DNA of 64,000 bases, from positions 4,588,001 through 4,652,000 of the forward strand of contig NC_089429.1 of assembly GCF_026210795.1 (NCBI RefSeq), written 5' to 3'. Of this stretch, positions 39,787 to 52,391 are shown piece after piece (the stretch's first letter is position 1; each line of letters begins with the position of its first letter). The notes below the pieces were generated by a model that saw nothing but the letters and a program-made list of their open reading frames with translations, was not told where the DNA came from and made no database searches. Source of the stretch: Rhizophagus irregularis. Taxonomy: Eukaryota. A program made the position numbers and the translations under genes.

Positions 39787-40949
39787 TTAAATCACCCTGG
39801 GTGATAAAATTTTTAGCAAAATCACCTGGGTTAAAATTAATCTTAATATTAATATTTATATAATATTTAACTATTTATTAATTTCTATAATAATAAAAAA
39901 TAATTTCTTTTTTTGCAATATTTTATTATGAAATAATTTATTAAATACATTACTAAATTAGTAGAATTAGAAGTTATGTATATAAAAGAAATAAAGAAAA
40001 AGATTATTTTGATTTATAAATCTTGTTCATTCTTTCTGACGTTTTTGACCAATTTGAGGACTTAAAGTTTCTCATGTTATCTCATAAATCGATTTTTCTT
40101 AATTACAAAATGTAAGCGGCAACCATCTATATTTTCGCAAGAAAAGTTGAAAAAAACTTAATAACTTATATGCGATTGTAAATATGACATCACCTAAATA
40201 ATTAAAATTACAAATATTCGGTTACTTTATTATAAATTTTACGATGGTTTCTTAGGAGTATGTTTACATAATTAAATTATGCCAAAATTACGAAACTTTA
40301 AAATAAATTAAACCAATATAAACACAAAACACACAAAGACGGATTGTATTAAATATTTTTTTCCTCTCGTGATCTAATTTCTTATATTTCGTTTTGGAGG
40401 ATCGTGCCATCGTGTGATGATGTTCAACACTTAAACAGTAAAACTTAAAAGATCTGTACTACAATACTGTATCCGAATACCTCGATTAGAAAATACAAAG
40501 AAAATCTTGCTGATAGACGTGGCATTTTAAGATTTGATCAAACTTAAAGCGAACGTGATAAAATTCCGCCAATTTCAGCCGGCAAAAGTTATCACATCTG
40601 TTGCGTCATCATTTTGATCTCGAATTTACATCATGATTATTCCTATTAATAAAAGTAACTACTAATCAACCACTGAAAAAAAATCAGACTAAACTTTAAT
40701 TATGTAACTGGGAGTTGACTTATTTCTTACACACAATAATTTTTTTGCTTTCGTCCTTAGTATTGTTCATAGTATAAAGTTGTTAATAAAAAAAAATCAG
40801 ATAATAAAATCTCATTTTTCCCACAAAAAAAATTTTTTGAAATTCGGTGTGGTAAGATAATCCACAAATTAATTGTTAAATAAAGAAAAAAAAAAGAGCT
40901 TTTCTTATTTTTATTTCACTTTGTTAGATTTTACAACCTTTATTACATT

Positions 40950-42305
40950 GGTTAGGGTGGTTGGTCCCTCAGGGATGACCCGCCGCGGTTCCTTTGTTCG
41001 ATCAACCAAAGGTGACAACTTCACGATAGCGGCGGTTTGGTTCATAGTTTTTGTAAATTGCTTTAGGCTCTAGATTTGATATTTCAGTAGGTTTTTCTTT
41101 TTTTTTTTCTTTAAATTTTTTTTTTAATGAATGGTTCTTAACGTTCCTTTTTTTCTTTTTTAGGACACAGAATCTTGGTGAGAAATCTGGAAAAAGCTTT
41201 ACAGAAGTAACAAGACTGGAAAGCAAAAGAAAAGTAAGTTTCTTTGCAAATTTACTTTTGGAGAAACGTCAATCTTATACAAATATTTTATTTTTAATAT
41301 GTCTATAGGGGTTCTTATTGAGAAATTGATCACGTGGCTTATCGCTCCGGACTCAACAACAGTTACCGTTTCCCTAGTGATACTAATCCGGACTAAGTCA
41401 CACAGCTAGTGTAATGTACTACAAGATCGCGAATTTTTCTGCTTATCAATAAATTCCAAATGAAAAAAATACAAGAGATTCGCAAAGAACAATCCAACTT
41501 CCTGCGAACTTGCTTAAGTCCTCGTCCGCTTGAGTTCTTCAAGAGGTTTATCTGGCTATAACAATTATAAATTAGGATTAGAAAAGCGTTGAAGGATGAA
41601 CCAAATTCAGAGAATTTACTGGAAATGGAAAGAAAATATAACAACGATGAATTTAAGGATGGGTGGTCGTTATATGATGATTGAAAAAAAAAATAAGAAA
41701 GTCAATGTAAAGTTACCTTCAAAATAATAAGAAAAGGTAAAGAAAAGTTTCAACATCTCAAGCTGAAAAAGACATCTTAGATATATATCGCTATAAGTTC
41801 AGCCAATGTCCAGTCATAGATCTTCGATTAAATTCATACCTCTCCCTTTCTTTAAATCAGGAATTACAAGATAAGATTTTACATGAAGTTTTCGATTCAA
41901 TATATCTCTCCGATTTCTTTAATGCTAACTTGGGTTGGTGTGAAGCAATTTGAAGAATAGTCTATTTACGAAAATGATTTAGGACTGTTAAAAGACATAA
42001 AAGAACTATTAAAAGAGACATTAGGGTGATTGTAAGTTGTTAGATCATAATAATCATTAATACCTATTATATGTAGTGTAAAAGTTTCTCTCTGGATGCA
42101 TTGAACTCATTGAGGGATCTCTTTATTTTTTTATTAAAATATAATTAGAATATATTATGGAATATGGAGAATAAGTTAAAAAGTATTTATGATTTATAGT
42201 TTAGGCATTATTCTATAATTCTTTAATATCTTTCTAGAGAATTATATAGCTTTATTTTAGTTTAGTATTTTGTTTAATATTAATTATATTAATAAAAAAT
42301 AAAAA
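40950..42305 (+). mobile_element. Possible heavily deleted LINE-like relic
   Basis: GC-rich structured left end, short Lys/Glu-rich broken frames and an A-rich right end. No diagnostic domain seen. Confidence 0.25.
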
Positions 42306-43607
42306 TGCTGTATTTATGTTTGCCTTAAAAATGTAATCTATGACTTATTTTAAAGGTTTTTAGAATTCTTTATTAGTTAAAAAAACTTAGAGAAATATAT
42401 AGAAAATATATTGAATGTTATTAATTAATACTAGTTGCAACCTGTTGCTTCGCACCATTATTCTATTCTTCATATATTTAAAGTAAAAGTAGTGTAATTA
42501 ATTTTTATTTAACGCTATAAAAGATAAATTTGATAAAAAAAAATTTTTTTTAACGCAAAAAAATGGCGCAAATGATCGGTGTGTTTGGTTTGAAGTGATA
42601 ACTGACGTCGGAGATGTCAAACTGATCAGTTGTGGCAAAAAGGTCAAACAGTAAGATTATAGGTGTTTCAATAATTTTGTAACAAAATATAGGAGTATCA
42701 CTAATAATCCCAATAGAAAATTAGCAATGAAAGTATAATTCCGGTAAATAATGTAAGGGTTTCTTAAGAATAAAATCTATCAAACAAAACACAAGGGTAA
42801 AACAAGTAAAACACGCAAAAAGTTTACTGTAATAAAAACTAACAATCAAATCATACAAAAAAAACAGCACTTCGGATAACACCGTTACTTTATAGTCATC
42901 CAAAAGTTGTGGATTATCAGAAGATAACATTCTTAAAAATTCTTAAATTTATTGGTCTAGCCAGCAACAATCAATTCGTGCACTTTAAAGTTCTCTTTGC
43001 AACTTTCAAATAAAACTTACTCGAATATAAAGTCAATCAAGTATTATTGATATTATCGAGCATTATCATCCAATATTAGTATCTTTACGTTATAACGGCC
43101 GAATTCACATTCAGGCTTCTAAAGATATGCTTAATTGTAGAAATATCGGAAAAAGTTTTTTTTTTGTATCATTATTTTCATAATGATGATAAATTAAAAA
43201 TTAAAGACTTATTTGTAATGGATCATATTTAAATAAATATATAATAATTTGAAATTTTCATATAAAAATAAATAAACATTTCTTAATGTTCAAGACTAAA
43301 AAATTGTGAAATTACCGGCGTAGTAGTGAAAAATTAGTTATTAATGTGGCTAAAAAAAAAAATTATTAGCGAATTATTACGTCATTCTATGTCTAAAATC
43401 GTTTGATTTTGCTTACGAGTATCGTACTAACTAGACGGATTGCCTTATAATGAGATGAATCTTTTATGACGAATGTCGATCGTAAGGCGCAGCTAATGTT
43501 CAATGAGTGGTACAACATAGTACAAATCTAAATTTATATATTTGAGTAATGTTTCAAAAAAAGCCCTATCGAAATTTTCTTTTTATCAAAAAAATTTTTT
43601 TCAAGAA

Positions 43608-45035
43608 ATGACGAGAGGATATTCATTGGAAAAAGATTTAAGATTATTAATAAATAATCCAAAATATAGTGATATAGAAATTTTATGTGAAGATGAAAAG
43701 AAATTATATGGTTGTAGAGCAATTTTAGCAGCAAGATCCGAAGTATTTGATAGATTACTTTATAATGGGATGAAAGAAAGTTATGAAAATAAAATTTCTT
43801 TTCCAAAGATTAAATCTTCTGGAATGGAAATTGTATTAGAATATACTTATACAGGATCAATTAAAGAAGAATCTTTAACAAAGGATAATATAATTGAAGC
43901 TTTTTACGCTGCTGACTATTTTCAATTACAAGACCTTCAGGATTTTATTATGAAAGGTTTCAAAAATACATTAGAAAAAAAATCTACCGAAAATTATTCA
44001 CCAGAATTATTATCTAAATTTGCAGGAAAAATGCCATTAACAGTAGATAATATTCTACTAAACTTATTGGTTGAAGCGGTAGCAACTATTCCATTAAACA
44101 CAATTGAATTTGGTCGATTATCTATTGCGGGTCTTCAATATCTTTTATCATGTACATATGAAAAAGAAAAGCCTTTTGCAACCCGAGAATATGAACTTTT
44201 TCGATATAGTGCTATTCTTGTAGCAAAACAAGTTTCTAATGATGCATTTAAAACTTTTTTGAAACGATTGCCAACCTTAGACCAATTAGAGAATTCAATG
44301 ATCCAAGTAGAAAATGAACCTATCCCCGATTATCAAAAAATTGCTAAAGAATTGGAACCTTTGATTGAATTTATTGATTTCAGAAGAATTAAAGGTTCAA
44401 TATTGGTTGATATCATCGAGCCGTTAGAAATTGTCCCAACTAAAATAATTTTAAATGTTTATCGACAAAGTATAAAATCAAATAATTTCAATTTAAATGA
44501 TATCCGAGGAATACCCATCTTACCAAATGATAGAATTAATGAATCTGATTATATTTGGGATAACACAGCATGTGGATCAAAACTTATTATTGAAGATAAT
44601 GGAAAAGTTGTAAGAGCACCAAAGAGTCTTGGATCATGGAGAAGTGTTAGAGCTAAATTGATATTAGAAAATAATGGTATTTATGAATGGGACGTTATTA
44701 TTGAAAAAGCTTGTAATGCTTCTTGGATTGGAGTAGCATCAGAAAATTTAAACTATGAAGATTTTGCAGGGGATCAACCTATTGGATGGGTATTAGGTTC
44801 CGGTGGTTATTGTCGTAATTTTGGTATGACGGTATATTATTGTCCGCCATTTGGTGATAGCACAAAAGTTACTGTTCACTTAGATATGAATAAAAGAACT
44901 TGCGCTTTTACAGTCAATGGTACAAAGTATCCAGAAGTACCATCATGGAATAATTTACCATCAAAACTTTATCCAGTAGCATCATTGTGTTATCCTGGTC
45001 AATTTCGAATTCAACCTCATAAAAAAAATATTTAA
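43608..45035 (+). CDS. BTB/POZ-BACK-SPRY protein, 475 aa
   Basis: ATG at 43608 (MTRGYSLEKDL) by comparison with paralogs; intact BTB and SPRY motifs. Confidence 0.93.
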   Translation: MTRGYSLEKDLRLLINNPKYSDIEILCEDEKKLYGCRAILAARSEVFDRLLYNGMKESYENKISFPKIKSSGMEIVLEYTYTGSIKEESLTKDNIIEAFYAADYFQLQDLQDFIMKGFKNTLEKKSTENYSPELLSKFAGKMPLTVDNILLNLLVEAVATIPLNTIEFGRLSIAGLQYLLSCTYEKEKPFATREYELFRYSAILVAKQVSNDAFKTFLKRLPTLDQLENSMIQVENEPIPDYQKIAKELEPLIEFIDFRRIKGSILVDIIEPLEIVPTKIILNVYRQSIKSNNFNLNDIRGIPILPNDRINESDYIWDNTACGSKLIIEDNGKVVRAPKSLGSWRSVRAKLILENNGIYEWDVIIEKACNASWIGVASENLNYEDFAGDQPIGWVLGSGGYCRNFGMTVYYCPPFGDSTKVTVHLDMNKRTCAFTVNGTKYPEVPSWNNLPSKLYPVASLCYPGQFRIQPHKKNI

Positions 45036-45912
45036 TTGCGAAGATTTTAGAATAAAAAAATTTTGCTCATTATTTTATAAAAAATGAGAACGTGGGCGTA
45101 TTTAAATGAAATTTAGTAAAACGAGATTTAATTCGTGACGAAAAAAAAAAAATGCTTACTAGGAATGATAATATGAATTTTGGTAATATTTAAATAAATA
45201 AAGTTGTTTATTACTATTTATTGTTATTTATCACTTATCTGTTATTTCTCTGACCTGGTCACTTGAGTGGCTGTATAGAATTACAAATTATAATATAAAC
45301 GTGACATAATTTAGCCTTGAAATTGTATAAATAAAATTTTGGCCAGAATTATAAGATCATATGATATAATTTTTTAATTGAAACGACATGTGACTAATAA
45401 CCCAAGTCATTTTGTCTTTTCAAGTCTAATTAAATGCTTAGAATTTGTTTGATAACTTGATAATAAACCGATTATTATTCAAAACAAGTGTTTTTTTGAC
45501 GCAACAATTAATTCGTCCATTTTTAACATCATTATCTTTGTTAAATTTTACTCGAATTCAAAGGTCAATCAAATATTAATTGATATTATCGAACTTTATC
45601 CAATAGTATCTTACGTTATAACGGTCGGATTTAAAATTCAAGCTCTTAAAAAAATGCTTAATTTTGTAGAAATATTAGAAAAAAGTGTTAAGATTATAAA
45701 GATAAATAAACATCTCTTATCGTAATCTAGTACGGATTACTTCATAATGAGATGAAAAGATATAAAAAAGAACGTGATCTTTTATGCGTACATACGACCA
45801 TAAGGCGTCTTCAATGGTAGTACAGTACAACATAGTACAAATCTAAATTTATAAGCTTTTTAAGCCCTCGATTGAAATATTTTTTTTTTAAAAAAATAAA
45901 TTTTTCCAAGAA

Positions 45913-47334
45913 ATGACGAGAGGATATTCATTAGAAAAAGATTTAAGCTTATTGGTAAATAATCCAAAATATAGTGATATAGAGATTTTATGCGAAGATG
46001 AAAAGAAATTATATGGTTGTAGAGCAATTTTAGCAGCAAGATCCGAAGTATTCGATAGATTACTATATAATGGGATGAAAGAAAGTTATGAAACACAAAT
46101 TCCTTTCCCAAAGATTAATTCTTCTGGAATGGGAATTGTATTAGAATATACTTATACGGGATCAATTAAAGAAGAATCTTTAACAAAGGATAATATAATT
46201 GAAGCTTTTTATGCTGCTGACTATTTTCAATTACCAGACCTTCAGAATTTTATTATGAAAGCTTTCAAAAATACATTAGAAAAAAATCCTACAGAAAATT
46301 ATTCACCAGAATTATTATCTAAATTTGCAGGAAAAATGCCATTAACAGAAGATAACATTCTATTAAATTTATTGGTTGAAGCGGTGGCTATTATTCCATT
46401 AAATACAATTGAATTTGGTCGATTGTCTATTGCAGGTCTTCAATATCTTTTATCTTGTACATACGATAAAGAAAAACCTTTTACAACCCGAGAATATGAA
46501 GTTTTTCGATATAGTGCTATTCTTGCAGCAAAACAAGTTTCTAATGATGCATTCAAAACTCTTTTGAAACGATTGCCAACCTTAGACCAAATAGAGAATT
46601 CAATCCAAGTAGAAAGTGAACCTATTACTGATCATCAAAAAATTGCTAAAGAATTGGAACCTTTAGTTGAATTTATTGATTTCAGAAGAATTAAAGGTTC
46701 AATATTAGTTGATATCATCGAGCCACTAGAAATCGTCCCAGCTAAAATAATTTTAAATATTTATCGACATAATACAAAATCAAATAATTTCAATTTAAAT
46801 GATATTCGGGGAACACTACTATATAGAACTAATGAATCTGATTGTGTTTGGGATGAGACAGCATGTGGATCAAAACTTATTATTGAAGATAATGGAAAAG
46901 TTGTAAGAGCACCAAAGAGTCTTGGATCATCATGGAGAAGTGTTAGGGCTAAAATGATATTAGAAAATAATGGTATTTATGAATGGGACGTTATTATTGA
47001 AAAAGCTTGTAATGCTTCTTGGATTGGAGTAGCATCAGAAAATTTAAACTATGAAAAATTTGCAGGAAATCAACTTACTGGATGGGTATTGGCTTCCAGT
47101 GGTTATTATTGTAATTCTGGAAATTATATAGGCAATTACTGTCCAGGATTCGGAGATGGTGCAATAATTACTGTTCACTTAGATATGAATAAAAGAACTT
47201 GCGCTTTTACAGTCAATGGTACAAGGTATCCAGAAGTGCCAACATGGAATAATTTACCATCAAAACTTTATCCAGTAGCATCATTGTATTATCCTGGTCA
47301 ATTTCGAATTCAACCTCATAAAAAAAATATTTAA
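45913..47334 (+). CDS. BTB/POZ-BACK-SPRY protein, 473 aa
   Basis: Intact ORF, tandem paralog. Confidence 0.93.
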   Translation: MTRGYSLEKDLSLLVNNPKYSDIEILCEDEKKLYGCRAILAARSEVFDRLLYNGMKESYETQIPFPKINSSGMGIVLEYTYTGSIKEESLTKDNIIEAFYAADYFQLPDLQNFIMKAFKNTLEKNPTENYSPELLSKFAGKMPLTEDNILLNLLVEAVAIIPLNTIEFGRLSIAGLQYLLSCTYDKEKPFTTREYEVFRYSAILAAKQVSNDAFKTLLKRLPTLDQIENSIQVESEPITDHQKIAKELEPLVEFIDFRRIKGSILVDIIEPLEIVPAKIILNIYRHNTKSNNFNLNDIRGTLLYRTNESDCVWDETACGSKLIIEDNGKVVRAPKSLGSSWRSVRAKMILENNGIYEWDVIIEKACNASWIGVASENLNYEKFAGNQLTGWVLASSGYYCNSGNYIGNYCPGFGDGAIITVHLDMNKRTCAFTVNGTRYPEVPTWNNLPSKLYPVASLYYPGQFRIQPHKKNI

Positions 47335-47996
47335 TTGCGGAGATTTTAGAATAAAAAATTTTGATCATTATTTTATAAGAACGTTGGCGAATTTAAATGA
47401 AATTTAGCAAAACGAGATTTAATTCGCGACGAAAAACAAAAAAAATACTTACTAGGTGTGATGATATGAATTTTAAATAAATAAAATTATTTATTGTTAT
47501 TTATCACTTATCAGTCAGTTATTTACTCATTTGGCCGTATAGAATTACAAATTATAATATCACGTGACATAATTTAGCCTTGAAATTGTATAAATAAATT
47601 TTGGCCAGAATTATAACTAAGATCATATGATATAATTTATAATCATTTAACCTTGAAATGATATGTGACTAATGATCCAAGTCAAATGGTCTTTTCAAGT
47701 CCAATTAAATGCCTAGAATTTGTTTGATAACTTGATTGAGTTTTCCTGTTAATAAACTGATTATGATTCAAAACAAATGTTTTTTGACGTAAATATGTAA
47801 ATACTGTAAATGTGGATCCATTTTCAAAAGAATTACTAAACACACGAGATCATCCTATACCGTGATTCGTTGAAAAACGTATCGTAATAATTTTTTATGC
47901 TAATACTTTTTTTATATTTTATATAAATCTGCGACAAAATATTGAAATTACGAAAAAAAATTTTTTTTTTTTCTTTTTTTTTTAAGGAAAAAAAAA

Positions 47997-49406
47997 ATGA
48001 CGAGAGGATATTCATTAGAACAAGATTTAAGATTTTTAATAAATAATCCAAAATACAGTGATATAGAAATTTTATGTGAAGATGAAAAAAAATTATATGG
48101 TTGTAGAGTAATTTTAGCAGCAAGATCTGAAGTATTTGAAAGATTACTTTATAATGGAATAAAGAAAAGTTATGAAACTCAAATTTTTTTTCCAAAGATT
48201 AATTCTACTGAAATGGAGATTGTATTAGAATATATTTATACAGGATCAGTTAAAGAAGAATCTTTAACAAAGGATAATATAATTGAAACTTTTTACGTTG
48301 CTGACTATTTTCAATTATTGAACCTTCAGGGTTTTATTATGAAAACTTTCAAAAATATTTTGAAAAAGAATTACACTGAAGATTATTCACCAGAATTATT
48401 ATCTAAATTTGTGGAGAGAATGCCATTAATGGTGAATAGGATTTATAGTGTTTTTCTAAATTTATTGGTTGAAGCGGTAGCGAATATTCCATTAAATACA
48501 ATTGAATTTGGTCGATTGTCTATTGCAGGCCTTCAATATCTTTTATCTTGCACATATGAAAAAGAAAAGCATTTTACAACCCGAGAATATGAAGTTTTTC
48601 GATATAGTGCTATTCTTGCAGCAAAACAAGTTTCTAATGATGCATTTAAAACTCTTTTGAAACGATTGCCAACCTTAGACCAAATAGAGAATTCAATCCA
48701 AGTAGAAAGTGAACCTATTACTGATCATCAAAAAGTTGCTAAAGAATTAGAACCTTTAGTTGAATTTATTAATTTCAGAAGAATTAAAGGTTCAATATTA
48801 GTCGATATGATCGAGCCTCTAGAAATTGTCCCAGCTAAAATAATTCTAAATATTTATCGACAATGTATAAAATCAAATAATTTCAATTTAAATGATATTC
48901 GGGGAATACCAAAAATAGAGTACGTTTGGGATGAGACAGCATGTGGATCAAAACTTGTTATTGGGGATAATGGAAAAGTTATAAGAGTACCAAAGGGTCT
49001 TGGATCATGGAGAAGTTTTAGAGCTAAAATGGTATTAGAATATAGTTATATTTATGAATGGGATGTTATTATTGAAAAAGCTTCTTGGGTTGGAGTAGCA
49101 TCAGAAAATTTAAACTATGAAGATTTTGCAGGTAATCAACCTAATGGATGGGTATTGGGTTCCTGTGGTGGTTGTTACAATTCTGGATATTATAAAAACG
49201 ACTACTGTCTATCATTCGGAGATGGTGCAAGAATTACTGTTCACTTAGATATGAATAAAAGAACTTGCGCTTTTACAGTCAATGGTACAAAGTATCAAGA
49301 AGTACCATCATGGAATAATTTACCATCAAAACTTTATCCAGTAGTATCATTTTATCATACTGCTGCTTGTCAATTTCGAATTCAACCTCATAAAAAAAAA
49401 TATTAA
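47997..49406 (+). CDS. BTB/POZ-BACK-SPRY protein, 469 aa
   Basis: Intact ORF with a small in-frame deletion in SPRY (EKASW vs EKACNASW); an extra A in the terminal A-run gives KKKY*. Confidence 0.9.
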   Translation: MTRGYSLEQDLRFLINNPKYSDIEILCEDEKKLYGCRVILAARSEVFERLLYNGIKKSYETQIFFPKINSTEMEIVLEYIYTGSVKEESLTKDNIIETFYVADYFQLLNLQGFIMKTFKNILKKNYTEDYSPELLSKFVERMPLMVNRIYSVFLNLLVEAVANIPLNTIEFGRLSIAGLQYLLSCTYEKEKHFTTREYEVFRYSAILAAKQVSNDAFKTLLKRLPTLDQIENSIQVESEPITDHQKVAKELEPLVEFINFRRIKGSILVDMIEPLEIVPAKIILNIYRQCIKSNNFNLNDIRGIPKIEYVWDETACGSKLVIGDNGKVIRVPKGLGSWRSFRAKMVLEYSYIYEWDVIIEKASWVGVASENLNYEDFAGNQPNGWVLGSCGGCYNSGYYKNDYCLSFGDGARITVHLDMNKRTCAFTVNGTKYQEVPSWNNLPSKLYPVVSFYHTAACQFRIQPHKKKY

Positions 49407-49977
49407 TTACTAAATTTTTGCTCATTATTTAATAACTATAAATGAAAACGTGGACGAATTTAAATGAAATTTAGTAAAACGAGATTTAATTCGTGACGAA
49501 AAAAAAAAATATGACCTGGTCATTTTGCTATATAAAATTACAAATTATAATATCACATGACATAATTTAGCCTTGAAATTGTACAAATAAATTTTGGCCA
49601 GAATTATAAGATCCATATGATATAATTTTTTAATTGAAATGGCATGTGACTAATGATCCAAGTCAATTGGTCTTTTCAAGTCTAATTAAATGCTTAGAAT
49701 TTGTTTGATAACTTGATTGAGTTTTCCTGTTAATAAACTGATTATGATTCAAAACAATGTTTTTTTGACGTAAATACGTAAATACTGTAAATGTGGATCC
49801 ATTTTCAAAAGAATTACTAAACGCACGAGATCATCCCATACCGTGATTCGTTGAAAACCGTATCGTAATAATTTTTTATGCTAATACTTTTTTATATATT
49901 TTATATAAATCTGCGACAAAATATTGAAATTACGAAAAAAAATTTTTTTTTTTCTTTTTTTTTTAAGGAAAAAAAAA

Positions 49978-51399
49978 ATGACGAGAGGATATTCATTAGA
50001 ACAAGATTTAAGATTTTTAATAAATAATCCAAAATACAGTGATATAGAAATTTTATGTGAAGATGAAAAAAAATTATATGGTTGTAGAGTAATTTTAGCA
50101 GCAAGATCCGAAGTATTTGAAAGATTACTTTATAATGGAATAAAGAAAAGTTATGAAACCCAAATTTTTTTTCCAAAGATTAATTCTACTGAAATGGAGA
50201 TTGTATTAGAATATATTTATACAGGATCAGTTAAAGAAGAATCTTTAACAAAGGATAATATAATTGAAACTTTTTACGTTGCTGACTATTTTCAATTATT
50301 GAACCTTCAGGATTTTATTATGAAAACTTTCAAAAATATTTTGAAAAAGAATTACACTGAAAATTATTCACCAGAATTATTATCTAAATTTGTGGAGAGA
50401 ATGCCATTAATGGAGAATAGGATTTATAGTGTTTTTCTAAATTTATTGGTTGAAGCGGTAGCGAATATTCCATTAAATACCATTGAATTTGGTCGATTGT
50501 CTATTTCAGGCCTACAGCATCTTTTATCTCATACACATGAAAAAAAAAAGATTTTTGCAACGCCAGAATATGAAGTGTTTCGTTATAGCACTATTCTTGT
50601 AGCAAAACAAGTTTCTTATGAAGCATTTAAAACTTTTTTGAAACGATTACCAACCTTAGACCAATTAGAGAATTCAATCCAAGTAGAAAATAAATTTATT
50701 ACCGATCATCAAAAAGTTGTTAAAGAATTGGAACCTTTGATTAAATTTATTGATTTCAGGCGAATTAAAGGCCAAATATTAGTTGATATCATTGAACCAC
50801 TAGAAATTGTCCAAGCTAAAATAATTTTAGATGTTTATCGATATTATACAAAGTCAAATAATTCAAATTTAAATGATATTCGAGGAATACCAAAAATAGA
50901 GTACGTTTGGGATGAGACAGCATGTGGATCAAAACTCATTATTGAAGATAATGGGAAGGTTGTATACGCACCAAATGGTCTTAATTCATGGAGAAGTGTT
51001 AGAGCTAAGAATAAGTTAGAATATGAAGGTATTTATGAATGGGATTTCATTATCAAAAACCTTTGTTTTGCTGCTGTTGGTGTATGTGCATCAGAAAATT
51101 TAAATTATGAAGCTTATCCAGGATATCAATTTGCTGGATGGATAATTGATTACAATGGTTGTTGTTATTCTTTTGGAAATTGTATACACAATTACTGTCC
51201 ACGATTCGGAGATGGTGCAAAAATTACTGTTCACTTAGATGCGAATGAAAAAACTTGCGCTTTTACAGTTAATGGCACAAAGACTCCAAAATTATCGGCA
51301 TGTAATAATTTAACATCAAAATTTTATCCATTAGTATCATTATATAATTCAGGTCGGATTCAAATTCAATCACATAGTAAAGAAATTGAAATTTTTTAA
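49978..51399 (+). CDS. BTB/POZ-BACK-SPRY protein, 473 aa (most divergent SPRY)
   Basis: ATG at 49978 (MTRGYSLEQDL); intact ORF. Confidence 0.92.
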   Translation: MTRGYSLEQDLRFLINNPKYSDIEILCEDEKKLYGCRVILAARSEVFERLLYNGIKKSYETQIFFPKINSTEMEIVLEYIYTGSVKEESLTKDNIIETFYVADYFQLLNLQDFIMKTFKNILKKNYTENYSPELLSKFVERMPLMENRIYSVFLNLLVEAVANIPLNTIEFGRLSISGLQHLLSHTHEKKKIFATPEYEVFRYSTILVAKQVSYEAFKTFLKRLPTLDQLENSIQVENKFITDHQKVVKELEPLIKFIDFRRIKGQILVDIIEPLEIVQAKIILDVYRYYTKSNNSNLNDIRGIPKIEYVWDETACGSKLIIEDNGKVVYAPNGLNSWRSVRAKNKLEYEGIYEWDFIIKNLCFAAVGVCASENLNYEAYPGYQFAGWIIDYNGCCYSFGNCIHNYCPRFGDGAKITVHLDANEKTCAFTVNGTKTPKLSACNNLTSKFYPLVSLYNSGRIQIQSHSKEIEIF

Positions 51400-52391
51400 T
51401 TTTAGTATAGAATATTATTTCTCGTTAATGTTCACGTGATGATTTCGATTAATGTAACGTAGTTCAGTATATAATAAATTTGAAGACGTCACAATCGGTA
51501 CATAATATTTTTTAATAAATATGACTTTGCAGTATATTTTATTTAATTTCATACGAGATTTTTATATTACTTAGCGACGGAAATTTTTTATACAACGCAG
51601 TAAAATATACTTGGAGAATTTTTTTTATATCGTTATCGCATTATTCGCATAGAAAAAAATTAATACAATTTTTAATAGGTCCATATTATAACGTAATATA
51701 TTAGATTAATTTTTCATTAAAACCAGTATATAATTATGCCTATTTCTATTATAATATCTATTAATCTATTCTTAAATAAAATTTTGAAAAAAAATACGCA
51801 AATAAAAATACGCAGATAAATATACGTGTTTATTGAGATCTGTGTAATACGCAATTATTAAATTTTTATTATTTGCTTAAAAAGAAAATAACTAAAATAA
51901 ATTATATACAATTTTTTTTTAACATGTATTCCAAATATCGAAAAAAATATTAAAATAATTATAACTATTTCTATTATCTTATCTGTTATAACCCTTAAAT
52001 AATATCGATGTTTTTTTTTTGATAAAATTACGTATTACGTATCCAGATCTGTACGATAAAAATAATTACTTTTACTTTTTATTATTAGCTTAAAAGAAAA
52101 TTAACTAAAAAAAAAATTATATACAATTTTTTTAATAAATCTATATTATTGATCTATATTATTATAAATCGAAAATCGAAATTCTAAAAATATATCTGAA
52201 TATTAAATTAAATTTCTTATTAAAATAAATATATCTATTTTTCTATTTGTCTTAATCTAATTATTATAACACATTAATTTAATCTAACCTCATATAAAAT
52301 TGTGGTGATAATCTGTAAATAAAAAAAATTAATAAATAAATTAATATAAATTTTTTAAAAAAATAAAAATACGGACGTAACTATTTCATAT

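Noticed and set aside
42430..42690. Helitron-like element starting actagttgcaacc...gcttcgc
   Set aside because: Termini and hairpin are too degenerate to support a call.
18949..50176. Recurrent minus-strand ORFs MEKKF...
   Set aside because: Antisense shadows of the BTB coding start, repeated only because the genes are paralogous.
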